Position numbers and translations under genes: made by a program. Of a stretch of DNA of 64,000 bases, positions 55,162-64,000 are shown piece after piece. Source of the DNA: Candidatus Binatia bacterium (GTDB lineage: Bacteria; Desulfobacterota; Binatia; Bin18). The first letter of the stretch is position 1. Each line of letters starts with the position of its first letter. The notes beneath the pieces are model-generated. The model saw only the letters and a list, made by a program, of their open reading frames with translations. It made no database searches and was not told where the DNA came from. The stretch spans positions 416,001 to 480,000 of the forward strand of contig OY761159.2 in NCBI GenBank assembly GCA_963664395.2, given 5' to 3'.

Positions 55162-58118
55162 CCGACGGCAATGAATGGGCGCTCTACCGAAATGGTCAGC
55201 TTGTGGACCAAATCGTTCGTCTGTCGGGCGATGTTGCTACCGACGGCTGCACGGCTGCTACGCTCCAGGACGCGCACGCCGTCGAACGCTTGTTGCGTGA
55301 TTTTCTCTCATGGCAGCCGTTTATCCCCACCGACCGCCAGGGCAAGATCGACTTCCAGGACTTTGCTGCCATGCTGGCTCCGCTGTGCCGCATGTTGCGT
55401 GACGACGTGACCGATGCCCTTAAGGACCCGAATTCGCCCCTGGTACAACTGGCGGAGGATTGGCGGCAACTGCTCTTCCCTGATGCCTCGGACGATCAGT
55501 TCGCCGATGCGTATGCTCAGACCGTAACCTTTGCGCTGCTTCTGGGCCGTAGCGAAGACGCCTCAGACACGTTCACACTCGAAAGCGCCGAAGCCGCTCT
55601 CGCCAGCCAGCACAACCTACTGGCGCGGGCGTTGCGAGTTCTGACGGACTCCAACGCCCGCGCCGACATCGCTGCTTCACTTGATCTGCTGCTGCGCGTC
55701 ATCGCAGTCGTGCCGCCCGCCGCGTTTACAGCGACCAATGACCCCTGGCTCTATTTCTACGAAGACTTCCTGGCGGTTTATGATCCCAAGCTACGCAAAG
55801 ACGCTGGCGTCTACTACACCCCGGTCGAGGTGGTGCGTGTCCAAGTGCGCCTGATCGATGATCTGCTCGTTCACCGTCTTGGGAAACCCCTGGGTTTCGC
55901 TGATGCCGGCGTCGTCACTCTTGATCCGGCCGTCGGCACCGGAACGTATTTGCTCGGCGTCATCGATCACGCCCTGGGCCGCGTTGAAGCTACGCAGGGC
56001 GCTGGCGCTGTGGCGGGCCAAGCTACCACACTGGCTGAGAACCTGTACGGCTTCGAGTTGATGGTCGGCGCTTACTCGGTGGCGGAACTGCGCGTCAGCC
56101 GTGCCTTGCGCGACCACGGTGCACAGTTGCCCTCGGACGGCACGCATGTTTACCTGACCGATACGCTCGAAAGCCCACACGCCGAAGCGCCGCAACTGGC
56201 GCTTTTCCTGCGTCCTATCGCAGACCAGCACGCCCGGGCGCTTACAGTCAAAAGCACCGTGCCGGTCATCGTCTGCCTCGGTAATCCGCCCTACGACCGG
56301 CATGAGGCCGCCACCCCTGACAACAAGGCCCGCACGGGCGGTTGGGTTCGCTGGGGCGACGACGGTGGGCAGGCAATTTTTAACGATTTTCTCGCCCCGG
56401 TTATCGCCGCCGGGCATGGCGGCCACGTTAAGAACCTCTACAACCTGTATGTCTATTTCTGGCGCTGGACATTGTGGAAGGTTTTTGAGCATCCGACGGC
56501 TCACGGGCCTGGCGTGATCAGTTTCATCAGTGCATCGAGCTATCTCTATGGCGTCGCCTTCGGCGGTATGCGCGAGCATCTGCGCCGGCACTGCGACGAA
56601 ATCTGGATACTCGACCTCGGCGGCGAGGGACGCGGCGCACACAAGAGCGATAATGTCTTCGCCATCCAGACGCCCGTGGCTATCGCCGTGGCTGTACGCA
56701 CAGAGGAGGCAGAGCAGGATACACCCGCCGTGGTTCGTTATGCCCGAATCGAAGGGACGCACGATGAAAAACTTGCTGCCCTCGATACCATCACCCGTTT
56801 TTCGGCAGTTGCATGGCAGGACTGCCCGGCTGACTGGCAGGCTCCTTTCCTTCCGGCCGGTCAGGGTGCTTACTTCGGCTGGCCGTTGTTGACGGACCTG
56901 ATGCCGTGGCAGCACTCCGGTGTCCAGTTGAAACGGACATGGCCTATCGCGCCAGATTCGGAAACCCTGGAACGCCGTTGGCGCAAGTTGCTCGTGGATT
57001 CACGACCGGAGAGCTTAGCAAAGGCATTTAAGGAAACACGTGATCGAAAGATCACTTCAAGAAGTCCACCCCTATTCGATGGAGATGAAACCGAAGAACC
57101 TATTGCCACTCTGCCCCGAGATGCTCCAGCCCCTCGCGCAGACCGCTACGCCTATCGCTCGTTCGACCGCCAGTGGATGTTCCCGGATACACGGCTGGGC
57201 GATTATCTGCGTCCCGTTTTGTGGCGTGCTCACAGCGAGCGACAGATGTACGTGACGAGCCTGCTGACCGACTTGCTGGGTGTCGGCCCAGCGCTTTCCG
57301 CCTGCGCGATACTTCCCGACCTCCACCACTTCTCCGGCCGAGGCGGAAAGGACGCGATTCCGCTCTACCGCACTGCGAACGCTTCGGAAGCGAACATCCT
57401 GCCCGGCCTGCTCGAAACCCTCGGTACGGCGTACCAGCGCACCGTCTCCCCTGAAGATTTTCTGGCCTATGTATACGGTGTGCTGGCACAGCCGGCCTTC
57501 ACGGCGTGTTTTGCCACGGAGCTGGAAACGCGGGACCTGCGTGTACCTCTCACAAAGGCCGCTAATCTGTTCGAGCAGGTCCGCGCTATCGGTGCCCGGC
57601 TGCTCTGGCTGCACACCTATGGGGAACGCTTCGTACCGGAGGGTGAGCAGCACGGCAGCGTGCCATCCGGCGCAGCACGGAGTATCACATCTGTTCCTGT
57701 CGACGTCGACGGCTACCCCTCCGAGTTCACCCATAACGCCGCGACCCACACGCTCCACATCGGTGAAGGCACGTTCGCTCCCGTTGCGCCCGAAGTCTAC
57801 GAGTTCGAGGTTTCGGGCCTGAAGGTCGTGCAATCGTGGCTCAACTACCGCATGAGGAATGGAGCCGGGCGCAAGTCGTCACCCTTGGATGACATCCGTC
57901 CGGTGCGCTGGACCAGCACATTTACCACCGAATTACTGGAACTACTGTGGGTACTGGAGGCGACCGTGGCAATCTACCCTGAACAGGAACGTCTGCTCAA
58001 AGCCGTTGTCGAGAGTGCCTGCTTTCAGACCGATGACCTGCCACCCGTCCCGGACGACAGGCGCGAGCAGCCCCGAGCGCGAGCCTCTGCGGATGATCTG
58101 TTCGACTTGAATGAATGA
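55161..58118 (+). pseudogene. Type ISP/IIG-like restriction-modification protein (N6-MTase plus specificity domain), N-terminal region missing
   Basis: Homology-like sequence begins at DGNEWALYR; GVYYTP, DPAVGTG, GNPPY, YAYRSFDRQW and SG..V..SWL.YR motifs; possible restart at ATG 55371. Confidence 0.75.
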
Positions 58119-58162
58119 GAAGAGAGCCGCTCTGCTTGATGACCCGACCACCCGCGCATAGC

Positions 58163-58310
58163 CTAGAGCGTTTCACGCCAGGCTGTAGCCATCCCGTCAT
58201 GCCGGACTTGATCCGGCATCCAGAGGCCGAGGGCTGGAGTCCTGGATTCCGGCTTTCGCCGGAATGACGTCAGGGACCGGCTGGCTAGACGGAATCGCAA
58301 ATTGCCCCAG
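58163..58310. mobile_element. MITE-like element copy
   Basis: CTAGAGCGTTTCACGC identical to 8243; gtcatgccggacttgatccggcatccag and ctggattccggctttcgccggaatgac palindromes; right end ggctagacggaatcgcaaattgccccag. Confidence 0.65.
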
Positions 58311-58445
58311 CCTTAACCACCTCTGCACCTCTAAGGTTGTATAATAATTCCCGTCACACTCTGATGTTGGCAAGGACATGGGATTGCTTCAGCGACTCGG
58401 GATTGGTAGGAGGTTTTCAGCAAGAATGAGGAGAAGGAGAAGTCT

Positions 58446-59039
58446 ATGCAACAGATGATTGTGTCAGCACTTGTCGGGGTCGCCTTGTTGGTTCCAAGTC
58501 TGAGCCAGGCGGCAACCTGGAAGAGTGACCCGACCCATGCCAGTGTACAATTTGCCGTGAGTCATTTAATGGTCTCCACCGTTCGCGGCACGTTCGACAC
58601 ATTCGACGTTACGGCAACAATAGACGAAAATGATGTAAGTCGGTCATCGGTTGAAGCCACGATTGAGGTTGCTTCCGTCAATACCCGGAATGAGAAGCGT
58701 GACGACCACTTAAAGAGTGCGGACTTCTTTGATGTTGCCACCCATCCGACCCTGACCTTCAAATCAAAAGCGGTCGAAAAAGTACAAGACAACGCCTACA
58801 AAGTCACCGGAGACCTGACCCTCATGGGCGTGACACAAGAAGTCGTACTGGAGGTCACCGGCTCGCCCAAGGCAATGAAAGACCCCTGGGGGAATAGCCG
58901 CGTGGGCGGGACCGTCACCACGACGATCAATCGCACGGACTATGGACTCAAGTATAACTCGGTCTTGGACTCGGGTGGGGTGGCGATTGGCGAGGAAGTC
59001 GAGATCACGATTGATATCGAATTAGTGCAGGCGCAGTAA
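58446..59039 (+). CDS. YceI-like periplasmic lipid/polyisoprenoid-binding protein
   Basis: Signal peptide; W..DP.H....F.V.HL, RD.HL.S.DFF, GDLT..GVT and R.DYG motifs. Confidence 0.92.
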   Translation: MQQMIVSALVGVALLVPSLSQAATWKSDPTHASVQFAVSHLMVSTVRGTFDTFDVTATIDENDVSRSSVEATIEVASVNTRNEKRDDHLKSADFFDVATHPTLTFKSKAVEKVQDNAYKVTGDLTLMGVTQEVVLEVTGSPKAMKDPWGNSRVGGTVTTTINRTDYGLKYNSVLDSGGVAIGEEVEITIDIELVQAQ

Positions 59040-59072
59040 AGCGTTCCATCTCTCACGCCTGATTGATCCACG

Positions 59073-59099
59073 GGGGTGGCCCAAGCCACCCCTTTTTTT
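59073..59099 (+). terminator. Rho-independent terminator after yceI
   Basis: GGGGTGGC-ccaa-GCCACCCC followed by TTTTTTT. Confidence 0.8.
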
Positions 59100-59237
59100 A
59101 GAATATTCCCCTCCTCGGAGAGGATTTCATCACAGTAGGGTGCGCCCTGCGCACCATCCGATGGCCGGGGGGTGCCCCTACGGAGAATCCCCCGGCCCTT
59201 GACCGCTCCCCCGCTCTTTTGCTTCGTTGACATTCCC

Positions 59238-60938
59238 ATGAAGCTGCTCGGCACACAACTCGCCTACTTTCTGAGTGAACCGGAAACGTCCCGTAATATC
59301 GGGGCACTCCTCAAGTTTGTCGCCTTTTTGTTTGGCATTATTATACTCTTCTCAGCCCTCTTCCACGCCATCATGTTGCACGCGGAAGAGCAGGACCACT
59401 CGTGGCTGACTGGGGTCTACTGGACCCTCACGGTGATGAGTACGCTCGGATTTGGTGACATTACTTTCCACAGCGATATCGGACGGATTTTCAGTATTGT
59501 GGTGCTGCTCTCCGGGATTGTCCTCTTGCTCATTGTCCTGCCCTTTACCTTTATCCGCTTCTTCTACGCCCCTTGGCTCGAAGCCCAGATGCGGTTCCAG
59601 GCCCCGCGCGAAGCTCCGACCGACACTCAGGGCCACGTCGTCATCTGTACCTACGATACCATTGCGCCGGGCCTCATTGAGCGGCTGCGCCTACAAGACA
59701 TTCCCTATTATGTCCTTGAACCCGACCCAGCCGTGGCCGCGCGTATGTCTGAGGACGGAATTTCCGTTATCACCGGTGCACTGGATAACCGTGAGACATA
59801 CGAAAAAATCCGAGCCGCTCAGGCCCGTCTGATCTTCGCCAACAGCGTCGATACCGTCAATACGAATATTACCCTCACCATTCGAGAGGTTGCACCCAAC
59901 GTCCCCATTATGGCAACGGTTGATGATGAGGACTCCATTGATATTCTCGAACTGAGCGGGTGCAGACACGTGCTCCCCCTCAAGCAGCGCCTGGGAGAGC
60001 GGCTCACCAACCGGATTAACTCCGGTCACGCCCAGGCCCATGTAATCGGCAGCTTTCGGGACCTCCATGTTGCAGAGTTTCCCGTCCATAATACGCCCTT
60101 GGCTGGCCGAACGATTCGTGAGACACGGCTGCGCGAGGTCCTCGGTATCAATATTGTCGGCATTTGGGAGCGGGGCCGTTTGTTGCCGGTGACCCCGGAG
60201 ACTTCCCTGTCCAATACCAGCGTGATGGTCGTCGTCGGCTCGGCAGAACAAATGCTTGAACTCAATACCTTGCTCGTCATCTACGATATCAACTACAACC
60301 CGGTCCTAGTCATCGGAGGAGGAAAAGTCGGGTGTGCCGCAACCCAGGCGCTCAAGCGCAAGGAGATAGCAGTTCATTTGGTTGAGCATAACGAACTCTT
60401 ACGGGAGCGGATCGAACCTATCCCGGACAAACTCTTCATCGGCGATGCTGCCGATCGAAAGGTCCTTATGCGAGCCGGGTTGCAGGAGGCACCGGCCGTA
60501 CTCCTCACCACCAACGACGATGCCATGAACATTTACCTGACGGTCTACTGCCGCCGCCTCAACCCAGAGTTGCGTATCGTGAGCCGTATTACCCATGAAA
60601 GAAATATCGAAGCCATCCACCGTGCCGGCGCGGACTTCGTTCTGAGCTACGCTTCTCTCGGTATTGCGCATGTTTTTTCCCTCTTGCAGGGCCGTGAGTT
60701 AGGGGTCCTTGGCGAGGGTGTTGAGTTGTTCGCAGTGTCGCTGCCCCAGACGTTGGCTGGCTTAACCTTGTCGGAAAGTAGAATTGGCGCACGGACAGGG
60801 CTGAACGTCATCGGTATTCAGCATGGCGGCCACCTCGTCACAAACCCTCTCGCCTCGACCAGGCTCCAGAGAGAGAGCGAACTCATTATGCTGGGCAGTA
60901 CGCAGCAGCGTCAGGCATTTACCGAGGCGTATAGTTAA
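59238..60938 (+). CDS. Potassium channel with tandem TrkA-N/TrkA-C (RCK) domains
   Basis: YWT.T.MSTLGFGDI selectivity filter; IGGGKVG; RAGADFV. Confidence 0.9.
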   Translation: MKLLGTQLAYFLSEPETSRNIGALLKFVAFLFGIIILFSALFHAIMLHAEEQDHSWLTGVYWTLTVMSTLGFGDITFHSDIGRIFSIVVLLSGIVLLLIVLPFTFIRFFYAPWLEAQMRFQAPREAPTDTQGHVVICTYDTIAPGLIERLRLQDIPYYVLEPDPAVAARMSEDGISVITGALDNRETYEKIRAAQARLIFANSVDTVNTNITLTIREVAPNVPIMATVDDEDSIDILELSGCRHVLPLKQRLGERLTNRINSGHAQAHVIGSFRDLHVAEFPVHNTPLAGRTIRETRLREVLGINIVGIWERGRLLPVTPETSLSNTSVMVVVGSAEQMLELNTLLVIYDINYNPVLVIGGGKVGCAATQALKRKEIAVHLVEHNELLRERIEPIPDKLFIGDAADRKVLMRAGLQEAPAVLLTTNDDAMNIYLTVYCRRLNPELRIVSRITHERNIEAIHRAGADFVLSYASLGIAHVFSLLQGRELGVLGEGVELFAVSLPQTLAGLTLSESRIGARTGLNVIGIQHGGHLVTNPLASTRLQRESELIMLGSTQQRQAFTEAYS

Positions 60939-61028
60939 AGCCCACCAGAGAACACCGATTGCCGTTTCATCCCGATAAGCGGTTTCGGCCGCTCTAGGCC
61001 TGTCGTCAACCCGAGCCGCTGCGCTTCT

Positions 61029-61301
61029 TCAAAAGGCCGGCACAATGGTCGCCAGATAGTACAGGCCGGAGACGGTGGAAATGGCGATGGTAAAAAAATA
61101 GGAGATGAGAATCAAAAAGCCGCCAAAGACACCCCAGCGGGGCGTGAATGCCTTGGTGGCGACCGATACCACCCCTCTCCCCTCGGGGTTGCGCCAGCAA
61201 ATCTCCTGATATTTAAGTGCCAGCGGGATAAAGCCGATGACCGTGGCGGCAATGAAAAGCGGAGTGAGGGCGCCGACCTGGGCATACAGAATGCCGGGCA
61301 C
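61029..61301 (-). pseudogene. Fragment of an APC-family amino acid/cation permease
   Basis: PGILY..VG....LKY.EI..R.PEG.GVV.V...AF......GG..IL..Y..T.AIS..SG..Y: an internal transmembrane segment only. Confidence 0.6.
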
Positions 61302-61333
61302 CTTGAGGAAGTCTTGAAGGAGAACGCTCGTCC

Positions 61334-62923
61334 CTATGCGCCTGTTTCGTCCTGTGTCAGATGGAACAAGACGAGCAGGCCGGCACTCAGCCCATAGGCG
61401 ACGGCAAATTCCGGGGCTGCGGCAAAACCAAAGGCGTTTTGCACGCCCGCGGGAGTCAGTTCATAGGCGTGAATGATACCTACAAACGACAGGACGGCCG
61501 CGACCAGCATCCAGGCAGCCGCCTGGAGGAATTGGCGTTCGATAATAAAGACGAGGATGGCCGCCAGGACCATGGCGCTCAGGAGAAAGCCCTGGCTGAG
61601 GGCAATCACGCCGTGGATGTACACATCACTCCCAAACTTTGGAGCGATGTCAAATAACGAAGCACCGGCTTTGCGCAGGCTGGTTTCGATCAACTGCAAA
61701 GCCCAGGTGGCCAGGGCGGGAATCAGTCCGAAGGCAACAGCCAGCGCATGCGCTTTGGGCACGGCCTGAAATGCCTGCGCCGTCATGATGATTCCAATCC
61801 ATACAAGAATACCCAGCGTCGCTTCGAGCGGGACAAATCGAAGAATCACGGTCATTGCGCCGACCAGGCACAGCAGCCAGATGACGATACCATTAATCAC
61901 CGAGTAGCCGACTCGCGCCCCGATAGCCTTCCAGGCCGGGTGGCCAATATAGATAGTCGTGGGAAACGGGCTCCCAAAGAAGGCGGCCAGGAGCGTTCCG
62001 ACACCATTGGCTAACAGTGAGGGCCTGGTTTCATAGCGGTCGCCGGCTGCCTCCGCACTTTCCAGATTCTGCAACGAGCCAATCATATTGAACAGGCCCA
62101 TCGGAAAAATAACGGCCAAGTACTGCCAACCCCGCTCACTGGCCAGCAGGGCAAAGAGGTCGGACGGCACCGGCGTCGGCAGATGCAGCGCAAACGTATA
62201 CTGCTCTGCCGGCGGATCAAAGACGGGCAGCCCCAACCCGCGCAGCCCCCACGCGAGTCCAACACCCGTCAGCACGGCAACCAGGCCACCGGGTAGGCCG
62301 CCGGGGAAGGGGCGGCGTGACGCGTAGACCATGATGATGATCGTCATAGGCACGACCGCAATCAGCGGGTTCGCAAAAATCTGGAAGATAAAGCCCATGG
62401 CAATAAACGTGATCGCGATCCCCGCCAGAGCAGTCAGCAGGGCAGCCCGCGGCGTATACCGACGCAGCCAGTCACCCACAAAAGCGCCGGCCGTTTCCAT
62501 CACGCCGCTGAGCAGACAGGCAAACAGTCCGACCTGCCAGGCTAAGGTCGCATCTTGGGTTTCCTGATAGATCGGCCCCATGATGAGGAAGATGTACGCA
62601 AAAAAGCTCGGCGTATTGATGCCATACGGGAGGGCCGTCACATCCTTCCGCCCGGTTTGCAGCATCAGTCGTCTGGCTTGCCAGGCGTAAAAGACGTTAC
62701 CAAATAGGATCGATACTGCCGCCCCAGGTAAAATGCGGCCAATCACCAGCTCTTGGGGAAGGCCACATATCACCGGACACAGCACGGCGATCAGCATGAG
62801 TTGCAAGAGGTTGTCGATAAACAACGCAAAAAAGCCGTCAACATCTCCCCGGACAAACAGGGCGCGCAGCCCGTGCAGCATCTGCCATCGGCTACGCTCC
62901 CGCCCAGCTGAATCTTCGTGCAT
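61334..62923 (-). CDS. NCS2/AzgA-like permease
   Basis: GD.DGFF.LF.DNL, TALPYGINTPS, ESAEAAGD.Y and PTT.YIGHP.WK motifs; many transmembrane segments; start may be ~39 nt downstream. Confidence 0.88.
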   Translation of the reverse strand: MHEDSAGRERSRWQMLHGLRALFVRGDVDGFFALFIDNLLQLMLIAVLCPVICGLPQELVIGRILPGAAVSILFGNVFYAWQARRLMLQTGRKDVTALPYGINTPSFFAYIFLIMGPIYQETQDATLAWQVGLFACLLSGVMETAGAFVGDWLRRYTPRAALLTALAGIAITFIAMGFIFQIFANPLIAVVPMTIIIMVYASRRPFPGGLPGGLVAVLTGVGLAWGLRGLGLPVFDPPAEQYTFALHLPTPVPSDLFALLASERGWQYLAVIFPMGLFNMIGSLQNLESAEAAGDRYETRPSLLANGVGTLLAAFFGSPFPTTIYIGHPAWKAIGARVGYSVINGIVIWLLCLVGAMTVILRFVPLEATLGILVWIGIIMTAQAFQAVPKAHALAVAFGLIPALATWALQLIETSLRKAGASLFDIAPKFGSDVYIHGVIALSQGFLLSAMVLAAILVFIIERQFLQAAAWMLVAAVLSFVGIIHAYELTPAGVQNAFGFAAAPEFAVAYGLSAGLLVLFHLTQDETGA

Positions 62924-63055
62924 GAGTCGGGCAGCCTAACGGGCAGATATTCGACCGTCAAGCCAAATTGGGCTGCGTTGGGCCGAATGGGAGTGAAGAT
63001 GAGGTTGACAGAATCGTCAGCATTCTGTTGAGTCGCTCTTTCAGAAGGAGGCGCT

Positions 63056-63877
63056 ATGAAAACGCTCGTACGATTTGCCGGATTTGTCCTGGTACTCCTC
63101 AGCTTTTTCTGCCAACCGGTCGTGCAATCGGCAGCAATTGCGGCAGACATTGAGGCGATCCGCACAGCCGCGCAAGGGGGCGACGCCAAAGCGCAAAACA
63201 GCCTGGGGGTCATGTATATCAAAGGGGATGGTGTTGAGCAAAATGCCAAGGAAGCCGTCCAATGGTTTCGCCGGGCCGCCAAGCAGGGCCATGTCGGATC
63301 ACAGTATAACCTTGGCATGTTGTACCTCGCCGGAAAAAAGGGCGACCGAGCCAAGAAAGAGGCAGCCAAGTGGTTTCAGAAAGCAGCCGAGAGTGGGCAT
63401 ACCAAGGCGCAGTATCGCTTAGGCATGCTCTACGTCCAAGGGAGCGGCGTGGACCAGGACTATGCCACCGCGGCTATCTGGTTCCGGAACGCGGCTGATG
63501 AGAACCACGCCGAGGCCCAGTACAATCTCGGCGTCCTGTACGATAACGGCTACGGTCTCGACCAAGACCTGACCAAGGCGAGAGGCTGGTACCTCAAAGC
63601 CGCGGACCAGGCCCATACAGGGGCGCTCTTCAACCTCGGCACGATCTATTTCGTAGGCCGAGGCACAGACCAGGATGATGCAGAAGCTGCCCACTGGTTT
63701 CGCCAAGCCGCAGAACGGGACCATCCCGGCGCACAGTACAATCTTGGGGCAATGTATTTGGAAGGCCGGGGGGTAGCCAAAGACGATGATACTGGTATTG
63801 ACTGGCTGCGAAAAGCGGCCAAACAGGGCCATGCCAATGCCCAGAAAGTCATTGATCAAATCAGTGCCGGCAGCTAA
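63056..63877 (+). CDS. Secreted Sel1-like repeat protein (6 repeats)
   Basis: Signal peptide; repeated AQ..LG.MY..G.GV.QD...A..W...AA. Confidence 0.92.
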   Translation: MKTLVRFAGFVLVLLSFFCQPVVQSAAIAADIEAIRTAAQGGDAKAQNSLGVMYIKGDGVEQNAKEAVQWFRRAAKQGHVGSQYNLGMLYLAGKKGDRAKKEAAKWFQKAAESGHTKAQYRLGMLYVQGSGVDQDYATAAIWFRNAADENHAEAQYNLGVLYDNGYGLDQDLTKARGWYLKAADQAHTGALFNLGTIYFVGRGTDQDDAEAAHWFRQAAERDHPGAQYNLGAMYLEGRGVAKDDDTGIDWLRKAAKQGHANAQKVIDQISAGS

Positions 63878-63929
63878 TGGTTCTCCGGTTCGGGCCGTTG
63901 GTCTTGTTGCCACAATACGAGAGGGACGC

Positions 63930-64000
63930 ATGACAGCAGTCACCAAACGGGCCCGGCTCGTGTTGGCTCTGCTCATTGTCATCACCGGCGTGGGCTGCGA
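63930..64000 (+). CDS. Start of a putative lipoprotein (runs off the window)
   Basis: RBS GAGGG; MTAVTKRARLVLALLIVITGVGC with a lipobox-like end. Confidence 0.5.
   Translation, partial: MTAVTKRARLVLALLIVITGVGC

Noticed and set aside
54457-55410. 317-aa ORF as a genuine gene
   Set aside because: It is a composite of antisense LLM sequence, a cytochrome c fragment and out-of-frame RM sequence.

Overview
A ~60% GC bacterial window made up mostly of catabolic and redox enzymes: luciferase-like monooxygenases (LLM), acyl-CoA dehydrogenase-like proteins, PhyH dioxygenases, hydrolases, an amidohydrolase, a DUF1329/DUF1302 pair, and Sel1 and TPR proteins. This content resembles Binatota/deltaproteobacterial host-associated MAGs (inference only). 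No rRNA, tRNA or CRISPR array was seen. Main observations: (1) a secreted DsbA-like protein whose CxxC motif reads TGA-Pro-Tyr-Cys and is followed by a SECIS-like hairpin, so it is a probable selenoprotein, lying near a VKOR-DsbA fusion and dedA; (2) a WWW leader peptide upstream of fused trpE(G) with two tandem terminators whose arms can cross-pair, suggesting a relay attenuator; (3) three solute-binding-fold proteins without signal peptides or transporter genes, one in a dszABC-like trio; (4) a secreted protein of duplicated beta-rich and Cache modules; (5) a CTAG-bounded MITE family and several REP-like palindromes; (6) many broken or fused genes (qhpD/qhpG-like inversion junction, LLM/cytochrome c/type ISP mosaic, frameshifted hicA and crotonase, a 36-bp misplaced duplication), which may be real decay or assembly/MDA chimeras. 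Family assignments come from motif recognition by eye, not from database searches.
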